Assembly: GCF_001194135.2 (NCBI RefSeq)
Contig: NC_068992.1
Coordinates: 13,955,037 to 14,019,036 of the forward strand
DNA: 64,000 nt
Reading direction: 5' to 3'
Source of the DNA: Octopus bimaculoides
Taxonomy: Eukaryota
Position 1 is the first letter of the stretch. Every line of letters starts with the position of its first letter. The translations under genes and the position numbers were made by a program. This document shows, piece after piece, positions 39,714 through 53,187 of the stretch. Below the pieces are notes generated by a model, which saw only the letters and a list, made by a program, of their open reading frames with translations, had not been told where the DNA came from and searched no databases.

Positions 39714-39868
39714 CATTGCCAAATTTGGTAGACGGAGAGCGACAGTCACAAATATAGGTCAGCAACATTACCATATTGACATGGAGAGTATCTGACCTAA
39801 ATACAATGCCATTATGGTAACGCTGCTGACCTGTGCTTGTGACTGTTCCTCTCGCAAATTTGGCAATG
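39714..39868 (-). other. 155-nt imperfect hairpin (pre-miRNA-like, or small MITE)
   Basis: Arms 39714-39782 and 39806-39868 around a 23-nt loop. In the 38 bp next to the loop the minus strand has 4 G-U wobbles and 3 mismatches. Confidence 0.6.
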
Positions 39869-41584
39869 TATGTTATGTGTGTGTGCGTGAAGTCATACGG
39901 TGTAGATCTTATCTTGTACTTCCAATTGTTGTTTACATTTGCTACGGTTGTAGACTGTTTGTTAAGTGTCATCTGACAGTTGTTTTAACACATCGAACGA
40001 TTGTCTAAAGGCATTCTATGATAGTTATCATTTTCAGATATGCTTCATGTCTGGATCTTCTATTTAGAATCTTTGACCCTTGAGTCTGTAGTTCTTCAAC
40101 TCTCATGATTTACATCACGATCACAAGCACTTGCGCTGCACTTTCTCTTTAGTTACATGTTTATAATTTTGATATCCATTCGTTTACCAAACTTTCGAGT
40201 ATGCGAAAATATTTCTTAGTTTTACATCATTATATTCTGTGACTGCATTCAATTCGTTTCTTTTTTTTTTTTTCTGTAGACCCTACAGAAAAAAAATATT
40301 ATAGAATTATTCAAGAGTTATAAGCAAAAATAATAATGGTAATATTAAGCCAATCAGAACATATTACAAAAAAAAAACATGAAAATATTGTGACATTTCT
40401 GATGTTTGCAACTTTTATAAAGATTTATACATTCTATGAGAGAGGAAAAAAAAAGTGCAAAAGAAATTATTATAATGGTGAAAATCTTTGTAATAATAAT
40501 AATAATAATATTAGTTAATGAAACGATGAATACTAGAAGCAATACCATTTTTCATTATTCTTNNNNNNNNNNNNNNNNNNNNNNNNNNNNNNNNNNNNNN
40601 NNNNNNNNNNNNNNNNNNNNNNNNNNNNNNNNNNNNNNNNNNNNNNNNNNNNNNNNNNNNNNNNNNNNNNNNNNNNNNNNNNNNNNNNNNNNNNNNNNNN
40701 NNNNNNNNNNNNNNNNNNNNNNNNNNNNNNNNNNNNNNNNNNNNNNNNNNNNNNNNNNNNNNNNNNNNNNNNNNNNNNNNNNNNNNNNNNNNNNNNNNNN
40801 NNNNNNNNNNNNNNNNNNNNNNNNNNNNNNNNNNNNNNNNNNNNNNNNNNNNNNNNNNNNNNNNNNNNNNNNNNNNNNNNNNNNNNNNNNNNNNNNNNNN
40901 NNNNNNNNNNNNNNNNNNNNNNNNNNNNNNNNNNNNNNNNNNNNNNNNNNNNNNNNNNNNNNNNNNNNNNNNNNNNNNNNNNNNNNNNNNNNNNNNNNNN
41001 NNNNNNNNNNNNNNNNNNNNNNNNNNNNNNNNNNNNNNNNNNNNNNNNNNNNNNNNNNNNNNNNNNNNNNNNNNNNNNNNNNNNNNNNNNNNNNNNNNNN
41101 NNNNNNNNNNNNNNNNNTGGTGGTGGTGGTGGTGGGGATTTGTTATTATATTTTCTATTATTATTATTATTGTCATTATTCTTGTGATGTACATTTTTTT
41201 TTTTTTCCTTGAGAAAGTACATTTTTGTTCACCAGTGTATTTTCATAAGATTTATTATCTGCTTTACTAGAAATGCTACAGAATTTATTACAAAAAGCAG
41301 GAATTAAACTGCGGTGTTTTTATTTTCTTCTTTTACACATACAAAAGTTCGAACTCAAGGTAAAGATGACTTCGTATAATGCATATTGGTTTACAGATTG
41401 TGATTTGATGCCATGTCGCCATGTTGGCAGTAAATAAAATATCACATGAATAAATAGAATAGATTGGTAAATAAATAAATTTACAGTTATATATGAGCTG
41501 GGAGAGCAATGTTATATAAAAAAAAAATCTTGGTGCAGTAACATTCAGACAGTTTGTATATAAATTCTTCGTATCGCATTTGAT

Positions 41585-41635
<51 letters not shown>

Positions 41636-41724
41636 ATGAATGTATATATATACGTAAACAGATATATAATAAGAANNNNNNNNNNTCTATTCCGACAACA
41701 GAGAGCACGATGATGATGATGATA

Positions 41725-41783
<59 letters not shown>

Positions 41784-41964
41784 AAACAACAACAACAACA
41801 ATAGCAACAAAAATAACAGCATTATTTGCACTTAGAAAAGTAATCACAGTGAAAGATAAATTTTCTCGCGCACACGCGAAAGATATGGAAATATTCACAC
41901 ACACCAGCGCACAAATATTAAAATACACGCATATTAGAATACATATTACACCTTTCTACAGAAG

Positions 41965-42900
41965 GATTCCTATAAGCTTCCATATTGTATGTTGTCTATT
42001 CTTTTCTTAGAGAGAATGCAGCATAAATAAACTGTTGAGTAAGCGAACTCAGCCTCTCCGTAACTCCAAATAGATACGTTGTAGAATAGTTCGCCGTCAT
42101 TTTTCCCCCACCAGGCATCACTGTGAAGCAGGATCGACTTTCCAGGTTTTAACAATGTTTCTGATATTGATATATTTCAGGTAATGTGTTTAATGAAGCC
42201 TAATGCCTTCACGAGGTACTGAAGTGTAGAAATCTGTGATATAAAATTGATTGAATATGCAGGCTGTTTTGTTCACGATGCCGCCGACCAGTTGATTACA
42301 GTAGAGCTACAATCCCATTTGATCATTCTCATATCAATTTTACTTACATCGAGAAACGCTTAATCACAATGCCTGTCTTGTTCTTAGAGTATTTAGGAAT
42401 AGAAAGGAATTTCGGATCTGGTCCTTAAGTCTGGTATTAGGAAGGCGCTTCGTGAGACATCCTTCTATCTTCGGGAGTGTAGCTAACACCTTCGTTTCTG
42501 TATTTCTATCATTGTATATTGAAATATGTTTTTTGTATGTTTGTAGGAAGATGTTTGTAAGTAGTCTTTTGTGTGTGATCTCTTTATTTGATATACGATC
42601 TTTCTTTCGTCGACGAGAAATTGTAAACTAGGGTATTATTTAGTCTGCCACGTGATGTGCCACGTGACAGTTTAAAGATTTTTATTGAATCAACTCCAAA
42701 ATTGTCAAGATCCTTTATCTAGGGAGGAGATTTCTTTGACTTAAAACCGAATTTGTCTGCAAATAAGCTGAAGGTCGGATTTTCGAAATGTACTCTTTGT
42801 AGTACATGTATTGTAGCACACTTTCCATTTCTTCAAAAAGGCAGAATGTTAAAGAAATCTTCTTTGATGGTATTTGGATAGTTTTCATCGTGTCTAGATG
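41965..42900 (-). pseudogene. Penelope-like element ORF remnant (N-terminus through RT motifs)
   Basis: Successive frameshifted blocks: MKTIQIPSKK; KFGFKSKKSPP*IKDLDNF; KRLLTNIFLQTYKK; LKDQ; FNQFYITDFYTS; KSILLHSDAWWGKNDGELFYNVSIWSYGEAE. These are colinear with the Penelope-clade consensus (MKNIPIPS, YGFKSRKCPP, KLLxxNITKTYKK, TLKDHK, FIQFDIxDFYPS, DVTMGSYDGAE). Confidence 0.85.
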
Positions 42901-43034
42901 CAGCTGTGTCACCACCTTCAACTGTTTATCGCTGTTTTCGACTAGAGTCTTATGAGCGGATAAATAAATGGAAGTATTACTCAACACATTCATTTGGAGT
43001 TATGTTTAATAATAGTTTGACTCAACTCTACATT

Positions 43035-43079
43035 ACATAAAATTTCGTGGAGGCAAGTGACGTCCACATCATCAGATGT
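43035..43079 (-). ncRNA. Decayed hammerhead upstream of the Penelope-like ORF
   Basis: ACAU CUGAUGA U GUGGA CGUCACUUGCC UCCAC GAAA UU U U AUGU: stem I ACAU/AUGU, stem II GUGGA/UCCAC. Stem III is degenerate (UU in place of CG). Same strand as the ORF, about 150 nt upstream of it. Confidence 0.65.
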
Positions 43080-44134
43080 TTGGAGTCAGAGTAGCAAAAA
43101 TTTAAAAGAAATTCGAAATAGCAGACAGTTAAAAGTAGGCCAGCTTCGGTTTGTCAGTTAAGGTCACGTGGATTTTTAACTGTGTAGAGACGTCAGATTT
43201 TTCCACCTAGAAGAGCATACAGGAACTTAATATTTAATCGTCCTTATTTAAAGTTTGACATTTCAGCAGCGATCCAATATACGTGTCTGTCTGTCTGTGT
43301 GTCTGTGTATGGGTGTGTACTAATTCTTTGGTGGGGTCGACTTCGACTTTTTTTATCCAAAAGGATTTTTAACCCAATATATAGTGCTTACATTTTATGT
43401 ATGTATGTTTGTATATAAGTATGAATGTATGTATGTATGTATGTATGTATGTATGTATGTATGTATGTATGTATGTATGCGTGTATATAAGTATATATGG
43501 GTGGGACTGTTGGCGACGGTAATCTTGGTAACTCTGACGATTCTGTAGAAATTAACTGATGCTTCGAAAACCGTAGTTGAATTAAAGGTGTCTGTATTGT
43601 TATCAATATCTACATGTCTTACTTTTGTTGCTCTCCTTCTCGTCTGAAACGTCTAGGGAAGCCAAAGAGATTACATACGAATGTTATATCACTTGAATGT
43701 CTTGGCTAGAGATCACACAGAGATCGCCTGACCAAACAAGAATGGATTTTGAAACACGAAACATGAAATATAAATATAAATGAGGGAGATTAACGGTTTC
43801 AGAAGAGATGTACGTTAAACGACTGGAGATAAAAAGAAAACTGACAAAATAATTCTTCTCATTTTAATCAAAATCAATAGACTCTAATTGAAATTAGCGT
43901 GGACATAATCCAAACAAGTGATCCGTTAAGTGGTCGCTTTGCCGAATTGTAAAAGAATATGAATTTATCTTGTATGGCAAGATAAGCTCTCAAATAAAGT
44001 ACACCTGGCCTAATAAATGTTCTACGTACACAAATAAAGTACGGTGATGGATGGAATGTGTTTAATTATAGATATGCTCGACCGGGGTTGATTTAGGCCT
44101 AGTTGCAAGAGAAAACTACAAACGTAGTTTATTT

Positions 44135-44283
44135 ACATTATTTACATTATTTACATTCGACGGATATTTGTCCTCATCTTGTTTCTTGTTAACACAACAT
44201 TTCGGCTGATATACCCTCCAGTCTTCTTTAGGTGTCTTGGAGAAATTTCAAACCTGGGTTCTCATTCCTAAGGTATTTTTCGA

Positions 44284-44349
<66 letters not shown>

Positions 44350-44447
44350 TTAGGTCAATGCTGGGAATCGAACTCTGAATCTTGGGGTTAGTAGCCCGCT
44401 CTCTTATGCCATATTACCACTATGCCATATGCCCACGGGCATATGGC
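44135..44447 (-). mobile_element. HH1 copy, full length, hammerhead with G5A
   Basis: Palindromic head gccatatgccc-ac-gggcatatggc, tRNA-like boxes, (AAT)n tract. Hammerhead at 44191-44236 reads GACAC CUAAAGAA GACUG...CAGCC GAAAU GU U GUGUU. tgtaaataa tail. Confidence 0.85.
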
Positions 44448-44466
44448 GTAGCAGTGATTTCCACAA

Positions 44467-44512
44467 GACACCTGAAGAAGGCTGGAGGGCATATCAGCCG
44501 AAACGTTGTGTT
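44467..44512 (+). ncRNA. Minimal hammerhead ribozyme fold (HH1, best-preserved copy)
   Basis: GACAC CUGAAGAA GGCUG GAGGGCAUAU CAGCC GAAAC GU U GUGUU: 5-bp stem I, 5-bp stem II, palindromic AACGUU stem III. Predicted cleavage after 44507. Confidence 0.75.
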
Positions 44513-44685
44513 AACAACAAACAAGGTACATAATTCCTCATCGCTTAAAATCTCTTAAAAACAAACGTATTTATTTACAAACGTAGTTATTTAGCTTACC
44601 TATACAATATTTTCCACTACTTATGATTATGATTGTTACCAAAATATTGAACGCTATTGCACATACGTTATTAGCTGGGTCTTAC

Positions 44686-44745
44686 ATGAGCCAATGTACA
44701 GTTATTCACGATAACCATCGCCTTGTTAGAGATTATAGACTGTAC
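44686..44745 (-). CDS. Candidate 60-nt phase-0 exon; product unknown
   Basis: cttaaattttcag|GTACAG...GCTCAT|gtaaga. Only one frame is open: VQSIISNKAMVIVNNCTLAH. Confidence 0.2.
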
Positions 44746-45989
44746 CTGAAAATTTAAGACGGTGGTGTGTGCGGTCGTCTCTGACAAGTTTCGTTTGAAA
44801 ATATAAGAAGTTAGTCATAGATGCAAAGCTACAAATTTTAAGTGTGAACGAGCAGGGTTAAACAACATCTACGTCTTAATATTGAACATTGGAAATATAA
44901 CAACGTGGAAGATATAATCAAATCATTTTAAGAATTAATGAAATACTGCCATATAAAGTTATTATATCAATCTTATGTACTGCTACATTAATAATAATCA
45001 GGGGAAAAATTATTTGCAGATATTTCGAAAATTTACTCGAAGTATATTGATTTTTGCAGTTGTTTGAAAATTGAAAAAAATATCAACTTAGTGCCATTAT
45101 TATTAATAATACTATGCTGTTTGATTAGGCTTGTTTTACTTCCCATAACAATTAACTATTAATGCCGCTGGTATAGCATCTCTAATATTCCTCATGCAAT
45201 TTGCTACTCAATATATTAAGACTACAGACACACACGCACGCACACACACACACACACATATATATGTTGCATAAACTATACATAGTAATGAAAGTATATA
45301 TCAGAATATTTATTGCATATTTCTAATCTAAGACAGTTACACACACACGCACATAGACACACACACAATTACATACATACATACATACATTCATACATAC
45401 ATAGAGAGCAAGATGTATTGATAGATAGACATGTAGATAGAAACACAGATAGAAAAAGATAGAAATATATTTACATGTATACATCTTTGCGCGCGCACAT
45501 ACACACAAGTGTGTATGTGTGTGTGTGTGCATATGTGTGTGTGTGTGTATGTGTCTGCGTTTGTGTGTGGGTGTTTAATATTTATGCTACCTTTCAAATA
45601 GGTTTTCACAATATCAGAAATGATGGAATTTATAGAAATAATCAGATAGGTCTGGCGACAGTGAATGTGGTGGGTGTGTTGGAGACGCTATCGTTGCTTT
45701 TCCTCATAATAATGACGCGGCTGTTCTTGTTGTTGTTGTTGTTGTTGTTGACGACGATGACGATGGAAGCAGTTTGAGGAGGGAGAAGGAAGAAGTGGAT
45801 AACTTTGATCGGATTAATTATTATTGTCAATAGCATGAAGCTTTCCATTAGAAATCACTATCATTATTAATGTCTCCATTATCATCATCATCCTAATTAT
45901 GACATTAATTACAATTATTATATTGTTACTAATTATCATATTGAGTTTGATTTTGCAATTTCGTGTGTAATAATTGTTTCGATGCTAAC

Positions 45990-46075
45990 GATGATGATGA
46001 TGATGATGATGATGATGACGACGACGACGACGACGACAACGATGACGGCGTCAGCGGCGGCGGTGGTGTTGAAAG
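45990..46075. repeat. (GAT)n-(GAC)n-(GGC/GGT)n compound repeat
   Basis: Directly visible. Confidence 0.9.
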
Positions 46076-46520
46076 AGGAGCTGGTGACGATGACAACGAT
46101 AATGAAGGAAATACTATTGTGGAATATGTTATCATTTACCATTGTTTTAGTAACTACCTGTTTGTAGTCTTGGTAATCCTGCAAATGTCTGTTTTCTCTC
46201 TTGCTTTGGTTTTTTTTTTTTTTTCGGTTTTGTACGACAGATTTTGTAGTTTTGGAAAAAAGGAAATTTACTAGTTTTTTTTTGCGAACAAACTATTTCC
46301 GAGAGTGAAAGGGAGAGAAGATTACTTGCAGAAAGTGTAAGAAAGCGAAAATGTGAAATGCAAAGTTGACCTAGGGTGAACTTGATCATAAAACACCTCG
46401 ATGAATACCGCATGGAACCCTATGCTTCGCTCTTACCACTCCACCAGTTCGCTAAGTATAAACATAAAGATACTACATAATTAATATGTGGATACAATGA
46501 CGCTGTTTTCCACCTTTAAC

Positions 46521-46897
46521 TGGCTCTCCGTCGATTACAACGACGAGGGTTCCGGTTGATCCGATCAACGGAACAGCTTGCTCGTGAAATTAACGTGCAA
46601 GTGGCTGAGCACTCCACAGACACCCGTACCGTTAACGTAGTTCTTAGGGAGATTCAGTGTGACACAGTGTGACAAGGCTGACCCTTTGAAATACAGGTAC
46701 AACAGAAACAGGAAGAAAGAGTGAGAGAAAGTTGTGGTGAAAGAGTACAGCAGGGTTCGCCACCAGCCCCTGCCGGAGCCTCGTGGAGCTTTAGGTGTTT
46801 TCGGTCAATAAACACTCACAACGCCCGGTCTGGCAATCGAAACTGCGAACCTATGACCGCGAGTCCGCTGCCCTAACCACAGGGACATTGCGCCTCC
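46521..46897 (-). mobile_element. SINE-like family D, full length
   Basis: Reverse complement of 13210-13585. Confidence 0.9.
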
Positions 46898-47508
46898 ACA
46901 GGTCACAACTACAGACACAAAATAATAATCCTTTTCTAAGATTACAAACTCATTGTTGTCCAAATTCAAGTACTGTACTGGTTTTTAGACTTAAACGAAT
47001 TTTATTTTCGGACTGGATTTTAGGGATTTTGTGAGTGAGCCCTTTCTAATTTAAGATTTGCTCACTTGCGAAGGTTTCACACGCTCACGCGTACAGATTT
47101 CCATGATAGATAGTGCGAGTAGACATACTGGATTTGGTAGTCATGGTGGGTGGCTGGATGATGTTGATATTGATAATGACGATTATAATAAGGAAGAGGA
47201 AGGGGAGGAGAACGGTGGAGAAGGTGTTTGTTATTTTTGTCGTAAGAAGAAATTGCTCGTTTTCTTACTTGTCCCAGTAAGAAGAGTGTTGTATGATGGC
47301 GGCGGTTTTCAGGCGGATGCTGGTAATGCAAGCGTGATGATGGTAGTGGGAGCAGTGGCGTTTGTCACGTTCGCTGTTACTACTGTAATTGTCAGTGCTT
47401 CCTGAAAAATGATTTTCTTTGATGTATTCTAACTCAGCTAATTCCTTGTGATGCTAATTGAAAATATAGGTAAGTCTTCACGACATATATCTACACGCAT
47501 ACACACTA

Positions 47509-47559
<51 letters not shown>

Positions 47560-47815
47560 NNNNNNNNNNNNNNNNNNNNNNNNNNNNNNNNNNNNNNNNN
47601 NNNNNNNNNNNNNNNNNNNNNNNNNNNNNNNNNNNNNNNNNNNNNNNNNNNNNNNNNNNNNNNNNNNNNNNNNNNNNNNNNNNNNNNNNNNNNNNNNNNN
47701 NNNNNNNNNNNNNNNNNNNNNNNNNNNNNNNNNNNNNNNNNNNNNNNNNNNNNNNNNNNNNNNNNNNNNNNNNNNNNNNNNNNNNNNNNNNNNNNNNNNN
47801 NNNNNNNNNNNNNNN

Positions 47816-47873
<58 letters not shown>

Positions 47874-49661
47874 ATGTATCTCTGCGCGAATGCAGTCCTT
47901 TGCGTATGTAATTAAATACTTAATTTACCTAGTCGTATTTTCCACAAATGTACTGTGTTTTGATTTTTACGCACACTCACATATATAGGTATACATAGAC
48001 ATATGTGGGTCTGTCCGTCTTTTACGTGCGGGTGTGCATGCGTGCATATGTTTCATGTAAATGTGTTACCGTACACAATGAGAGAAAGACTTCTCGTATA
48101 TGTGTGAAGAAAATAACGTGTGTGTTAAACTTAAAATCTGTATTGTGTATATAATACAAAACCGCCCATACACAGGAACACACACATATATGTGTGTCTG
48201 TGCCCGTTTTATGCAATAGAAGGAGCAATAAATAAAAAGAAGCCATCTATTTATAGTAGTTAATGTAAATACACAATTGAAAGGCAATCTGCTGCGCTTT
48301 TCGTTCAGATATAACATCTCTTTTTGACGTACTGCGTTTAAAAATACAATATAAATATCGAAGGGAGAGGACACGATCCTTTATCCATAGCAGTCTACAT
48401 AACATTAGCTCTCATTTCTTCTTATCTCCGTTTTCAAATGCAGTTTAGTCTTCTGTACAGTTATCTGAAGCATAGAATAAGCTCTGGTGCTTTGGGAGGC
48501 TATGGATATACTGAGCAACCTATGTAGCTAATAACGTTGTCGAAAAATCCTTACAAAGCTGAGATTGAGCTGCATTTCACTAATATTAATGGTTATCTAA
48601 GTGATTGACAGAGAGAAAGACAAAGTGACATGTACAAAGAGAAAGTTGAATCTCCTCAAATATTCGACCATTAATATTATTTATCGATCATGAAATGACG
48701 AAAGATGAAGTTGACCTCCACAGGATTTGAACTCGAATCGCCAGAATGAATAATGCAAAACATTCTAACCGACGATCTAGTAACCTTGCCACCTCACCAT
48801 TTTCATCGCCAACAGAAAATAATTTCTACCTACAGACATCTTGGTCATTATGTGTGAAACGAGCATCTACTGCATCAATCTGCTCAATATTGATTACATG
48901 TTTTTACGAAAAATCTAAAGCATCCAGAAAAGAGTAGAATCGATATAATGTACTTCATTACTCAGCAGGTATTTCACCCGAACAAGGTCAACTTCGTAAA
49001 ACACGGAGATATGAAAGTAAATAATTTCAAGCATTTGGTCCTATTTTATAAAGATCTTTGTACTTTTGCCAAATTTTGCCACTACAACAGCTACAATAAT
49101 GATAATATTAAATAACCAGTTGTCACCTAGATTTCCACAATATACTGTTTGTTAATTATCCCATTTACCTAGTTTACTACAGACTTAAAATTGCTGGAAA
49201 TTACTTTCATGTGTTCTGATCATAGAAGAATAAAACAATCACCAAGAACTAATCTTCTTTTTGCGCTTTATGACGTACATCTATCTCATAAACATAGCTG
49301 CAAGTGTGTCTGTCTACCAATCTTTCCTTCTCTCTCGTTGTTTGTAACAGAGAGAATAGTCTCTCAGCATATTAATGCCAATATTCCTAAATAGAAACAA
49401 TATAACGTTAAAGAGAATAAGCAGCGAAAACTTATTGGGTTTCTAACATCCGATTGATGTCAATATTGATTATATTCACACATAGTTTAACAGAAAACAA
49501 GACAATAATTGTGATACAATTTCAGTTACAATATCTGTGTGCGTGTGCGTGTGCGTAAGTGTGTGTATAAGTGTGTGTATGCGCCCGTGTGTGTATAAAC
49601 ACACACACACATACACACACATATACATATATATGTATATATATGTATATGTATATATATA

Positions 49662-49696
<35 letters not shown>

Positions 49697-52105
49697 NNNN
49701 NNNNNNNNNNNNNNNNNNNNNNNNNNNNNNNNNNNNNNNNNNNNNNNNNNNNNNNNNNNNNNNNNNNNNNNNNNNNNNNNNNNNNNNNNNNNNNNNNNNN
49801 NNNNNNNNNNNNNNNNNNNNNNNNNNNNNNNNNNNNNNNNNNNNNNNNNNNNNNNNNNNNNNNNNNNNNNNNNNNNNNNNNNNNNNNNNNNNNNNNNNNN
49901 NNNNNNNNNNNNNNNNNNNNNNNNNNNNNNNNNNNNNNNNNNNNNNNNNNNNNNNNNNNNNNNNNNNNNNNNNNNNNNNNNNNNNNNNNNNNNNNNNNNN
50001 NNNNNNNNNNNNNNNNNNNNNNNNNNNNNNNNNNNNNNNNNNNNNNNNNNNNNNNNNNNNNNNNNNNNNNNNNNNNNNNNNNNNNNNNNNNNNNNNNNNN
50101 NNNNNNNNNNNNNNNNNNNNNNNNNNNNNNNNNNNNNNNNNNNNNNNNNNNNNNNNNNNNNNNNNNNNNNNNNNNNNNNNNNNNNNNNNNNNNNNNNNNN
50201 NNNNNNNNNNNNNNNNNNNNNNNNNNNNNNNNNNNNNNNNNNNNNNNNNNNNNNNNNNNNNNNNNNNNNNNNNNNNNNNNNNNNNNNNNNNNNNNNNNNN
50301 NNNNNNNNNNNNNNNNNNNNNNNNNNNNNNNNNNNNNNNNNNNNNNNNNNNNNNNNNNNNNNNNNNNNNNNNNNNNNNNNNNNNNNNNNNNNNNNNNNNN
50401 NNNNNNNNNNNNNNNNNNNNNNNNNNNNNNNNNNNNNNNNNNNNNNNNNNNNNNNNNNNNNNNNNNNNNNNNNNNNCATATATATGCATATATATGCATA
50501 CACATAACAAATATATATGTATGTGTATGTGTGTGAGAGAGAGAGCGTGTGTTTGTGTGCGCGCGCTCGCGTATGTGAGTGAGAGAGAGAGATAGAAAGA
50601 GAGAGATAATTGATTTGTTGTTAAAAAAAGCAGAAACAAAAATTCCGAATATTTCCCAAAAGATTCTCTGCGTTTTCATGTATTGGCTCAATTTCTAATT
50701 TTGTTTAGTTATTTGTTTCTGGCAATTGAAATTTATTTACATTGTGGAAAGGCCTTAGTGTAAGTGATTCTTAATTGAAAATAAAATTTCAATTCGTCTA
50801 CACACTTTAGAAGTGATACTCAGCTCTGGCTTTCCACTGGTATCGATAAACTCTTGATGGATTTGACTCAGGTTCCTGTAGTATTTACCTATCGCCCCTT
50901 TATTCGTCATAGCAAAGAACCTTACGAGCAAGTCTGCTACTGACAATAATATGTAAGCTTCCAATCCCATTACCTTCGAAATAAGGTATGAATTAACACA
51001 GGAATACTATAGTCTACCCCTAAATAGCTTGTACATCAATTGAATCCATCTATACATCTTAAAATAATTAAGATGTTAATGGACATGTAAACAAGTTTTG
51101 AAAAATATTATTTTTTACTGTTTGTGCAATTACGAATTAAGATGTTAGACAGGAAAGATCACATGAGTCATCAGATATCTCAGGAATAACAAGTATCCAC
51201 TTAGTCTTTCTAGCTGATCTCAAGAGCGTTCTTCAAATATATCTCCATATACAACTTGTCCAATGGAAAACATTGTTAAAACAATAAGTAATCACAAATC
51301 AAAAGTCTTCATTCTTGTATATTTATACTCTTGCTACGATCATTGGAATGCGGCTATGCTGGTGCACCAGCTTTAGTAAATCAAATCAACCCAGTATTTA
51401 TTTTCTTTGAAGTCTGACCCTTGCCATATGTGTCTCTTTCAGCATAATTCAAATACAAAAGTTCTCTTACGTTAGTTCTACAAACCTTAATGGAGTAGAT
51501 TTTTGTGGAGATGCACATTAGGGACGATTTAAAGGATATTAAGTAGTTGTGTAATAACATTCTAAACAATAATAACTTATCTGTAATTGCTATATGAGGA
51601 CGAGATGAGCATTTTGCCCAGCGTACTAGCAATTCTGCCAGCTCGCCCTTAGATGGAGGATAAATATTGACATCACTACAATTATACTCAGTATTCTACT
51701 AATATGGAAGAGAATATCAAGGGTGCATATGCTCATAGAAGAATATAATCCAAAATTCATTACTTATATACAACATAACGCAAGAATATTCATTTCCCGT
51801 TAGAAAAAAAAAAGGAAGGAAAAATGCTAGCATTTTCTTAATCCCTGGCAACACTGTGCCAACCACACGAAATCAGACTGTTCTAAAATCATGGAATCGC
51901 GTCTTTATGAAGATGAAGATGAGATACCCTTGAAATATTAAATAGATAAATAGTTTAGAAGCGTTAAGGTTCAGAAATGAAAATAAAGGTTTAATATGGG
52001 GATACGAAAAGTCTATAATGAAAAACAAGATAAAACATAAATACTCCCATACCTCAAAGAAATTATAATATTTAGGTTCAATTTTTATTTATTATTACAG
52101 GCTTT

Positions 52106-52760
52106 AAGGCGGCAAGCTCGCAGAATCGTTTGCACACCGGGTGAACTACTGAGTGGTATTTTGTCTGCAGCTACTTTCTGAGTTCAAATTCCGCATGGGT
52201 CGATTTTGCCTTTTATCATTTCGAGGTCGATTAAGTAAGTACCAGTTACGGACCGGGGTCGATGTAATGGACTTAAACCCTTCGCCCAAATTTGAGGCCC
52301 TGTGCTTCCAGTAGAAAGGATTATTTTTACAGACTTTAAGGCGGTGAGCTGGCAGAATCATTAGCACTCTGGGCAAAATGCTTAGCGACATTTAGTCCAG
52401 GCTGACGTTCTGAGTTCAAATTCCTCCGAGGTCAACTTTGTATTTCATCCTTTCGAAATCGATAAAATAAATAAATAAATGCCAGTTTCGCACTGGGGAC
52501 GATATAAACGACTAAACCCCTCCCTCAATAGTCCAGGCTATGTGCTTACGGTAGAAAGAATTATTTCAAACTTTATTGTGTATATCATTATTAGCCAGTA
52601 AATTATAAGTTCAAATCCTATGGAAGGCAACGTTGTATCTCACCCTTTTGAAGTTGGTAAAATGAAGAACTACTTATGTACTGAAGTCAATTGTTTCGAG
52701 TAACAACCCCTTTTCAAATTTACTTTATTTTTGCCAAAATCACAAACCGTTATTAATCAG
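52106..52760 (+). mobile_element. Three tandem family C copies of decreasing conservation
   Basis: Repeated aaggcgg...gcagaatc...ctgagttcaaattcc...taagtaccagtt blocks at about 52106, 52338 and 52600. Confidence 0.8.
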
Positions 52761-53154
52761 TATGCTTTCTTGTTAATGGCTTAGCATATCATCGTGAAAT
52801 GTTAACGCAAACCAAATAACACAATAAGCCTGAAGAAGGAATATCTCTGAGCTATATTTTTAATCTGTAGTGAAGTTATAAAAAAGTATTATTATTTCTA
52901 GCACTTTCACAGAAGGATGCCTGAGTGGTATAATTTTCTTCCACACCTGAAAAGTACAGTAGAGAAAATTATATTTAGCAGGACATATATCCCAAAATGT
53001 ATGAGAACACGAACCGTATTTAAATAGTTCATCGAGGATTCATATTTGAACATAATTGCTGCTCTATATTCTCGCAACTCGTAATTAAATCTTAAACTAA
53101 TGTATGCAGTACTATTATTGGTGAGCTCATATAAGTATGTGTGCGCACAGATGT

Positions 53155-53187
<33 letters not shown>

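Noticed and set aside
40266-40296. 14-bp hairpin ttttttttctgtag-acc-ctacagaaaaaaaa
   Set aside because: Mostly homopolymer pairing; plausible by chance.
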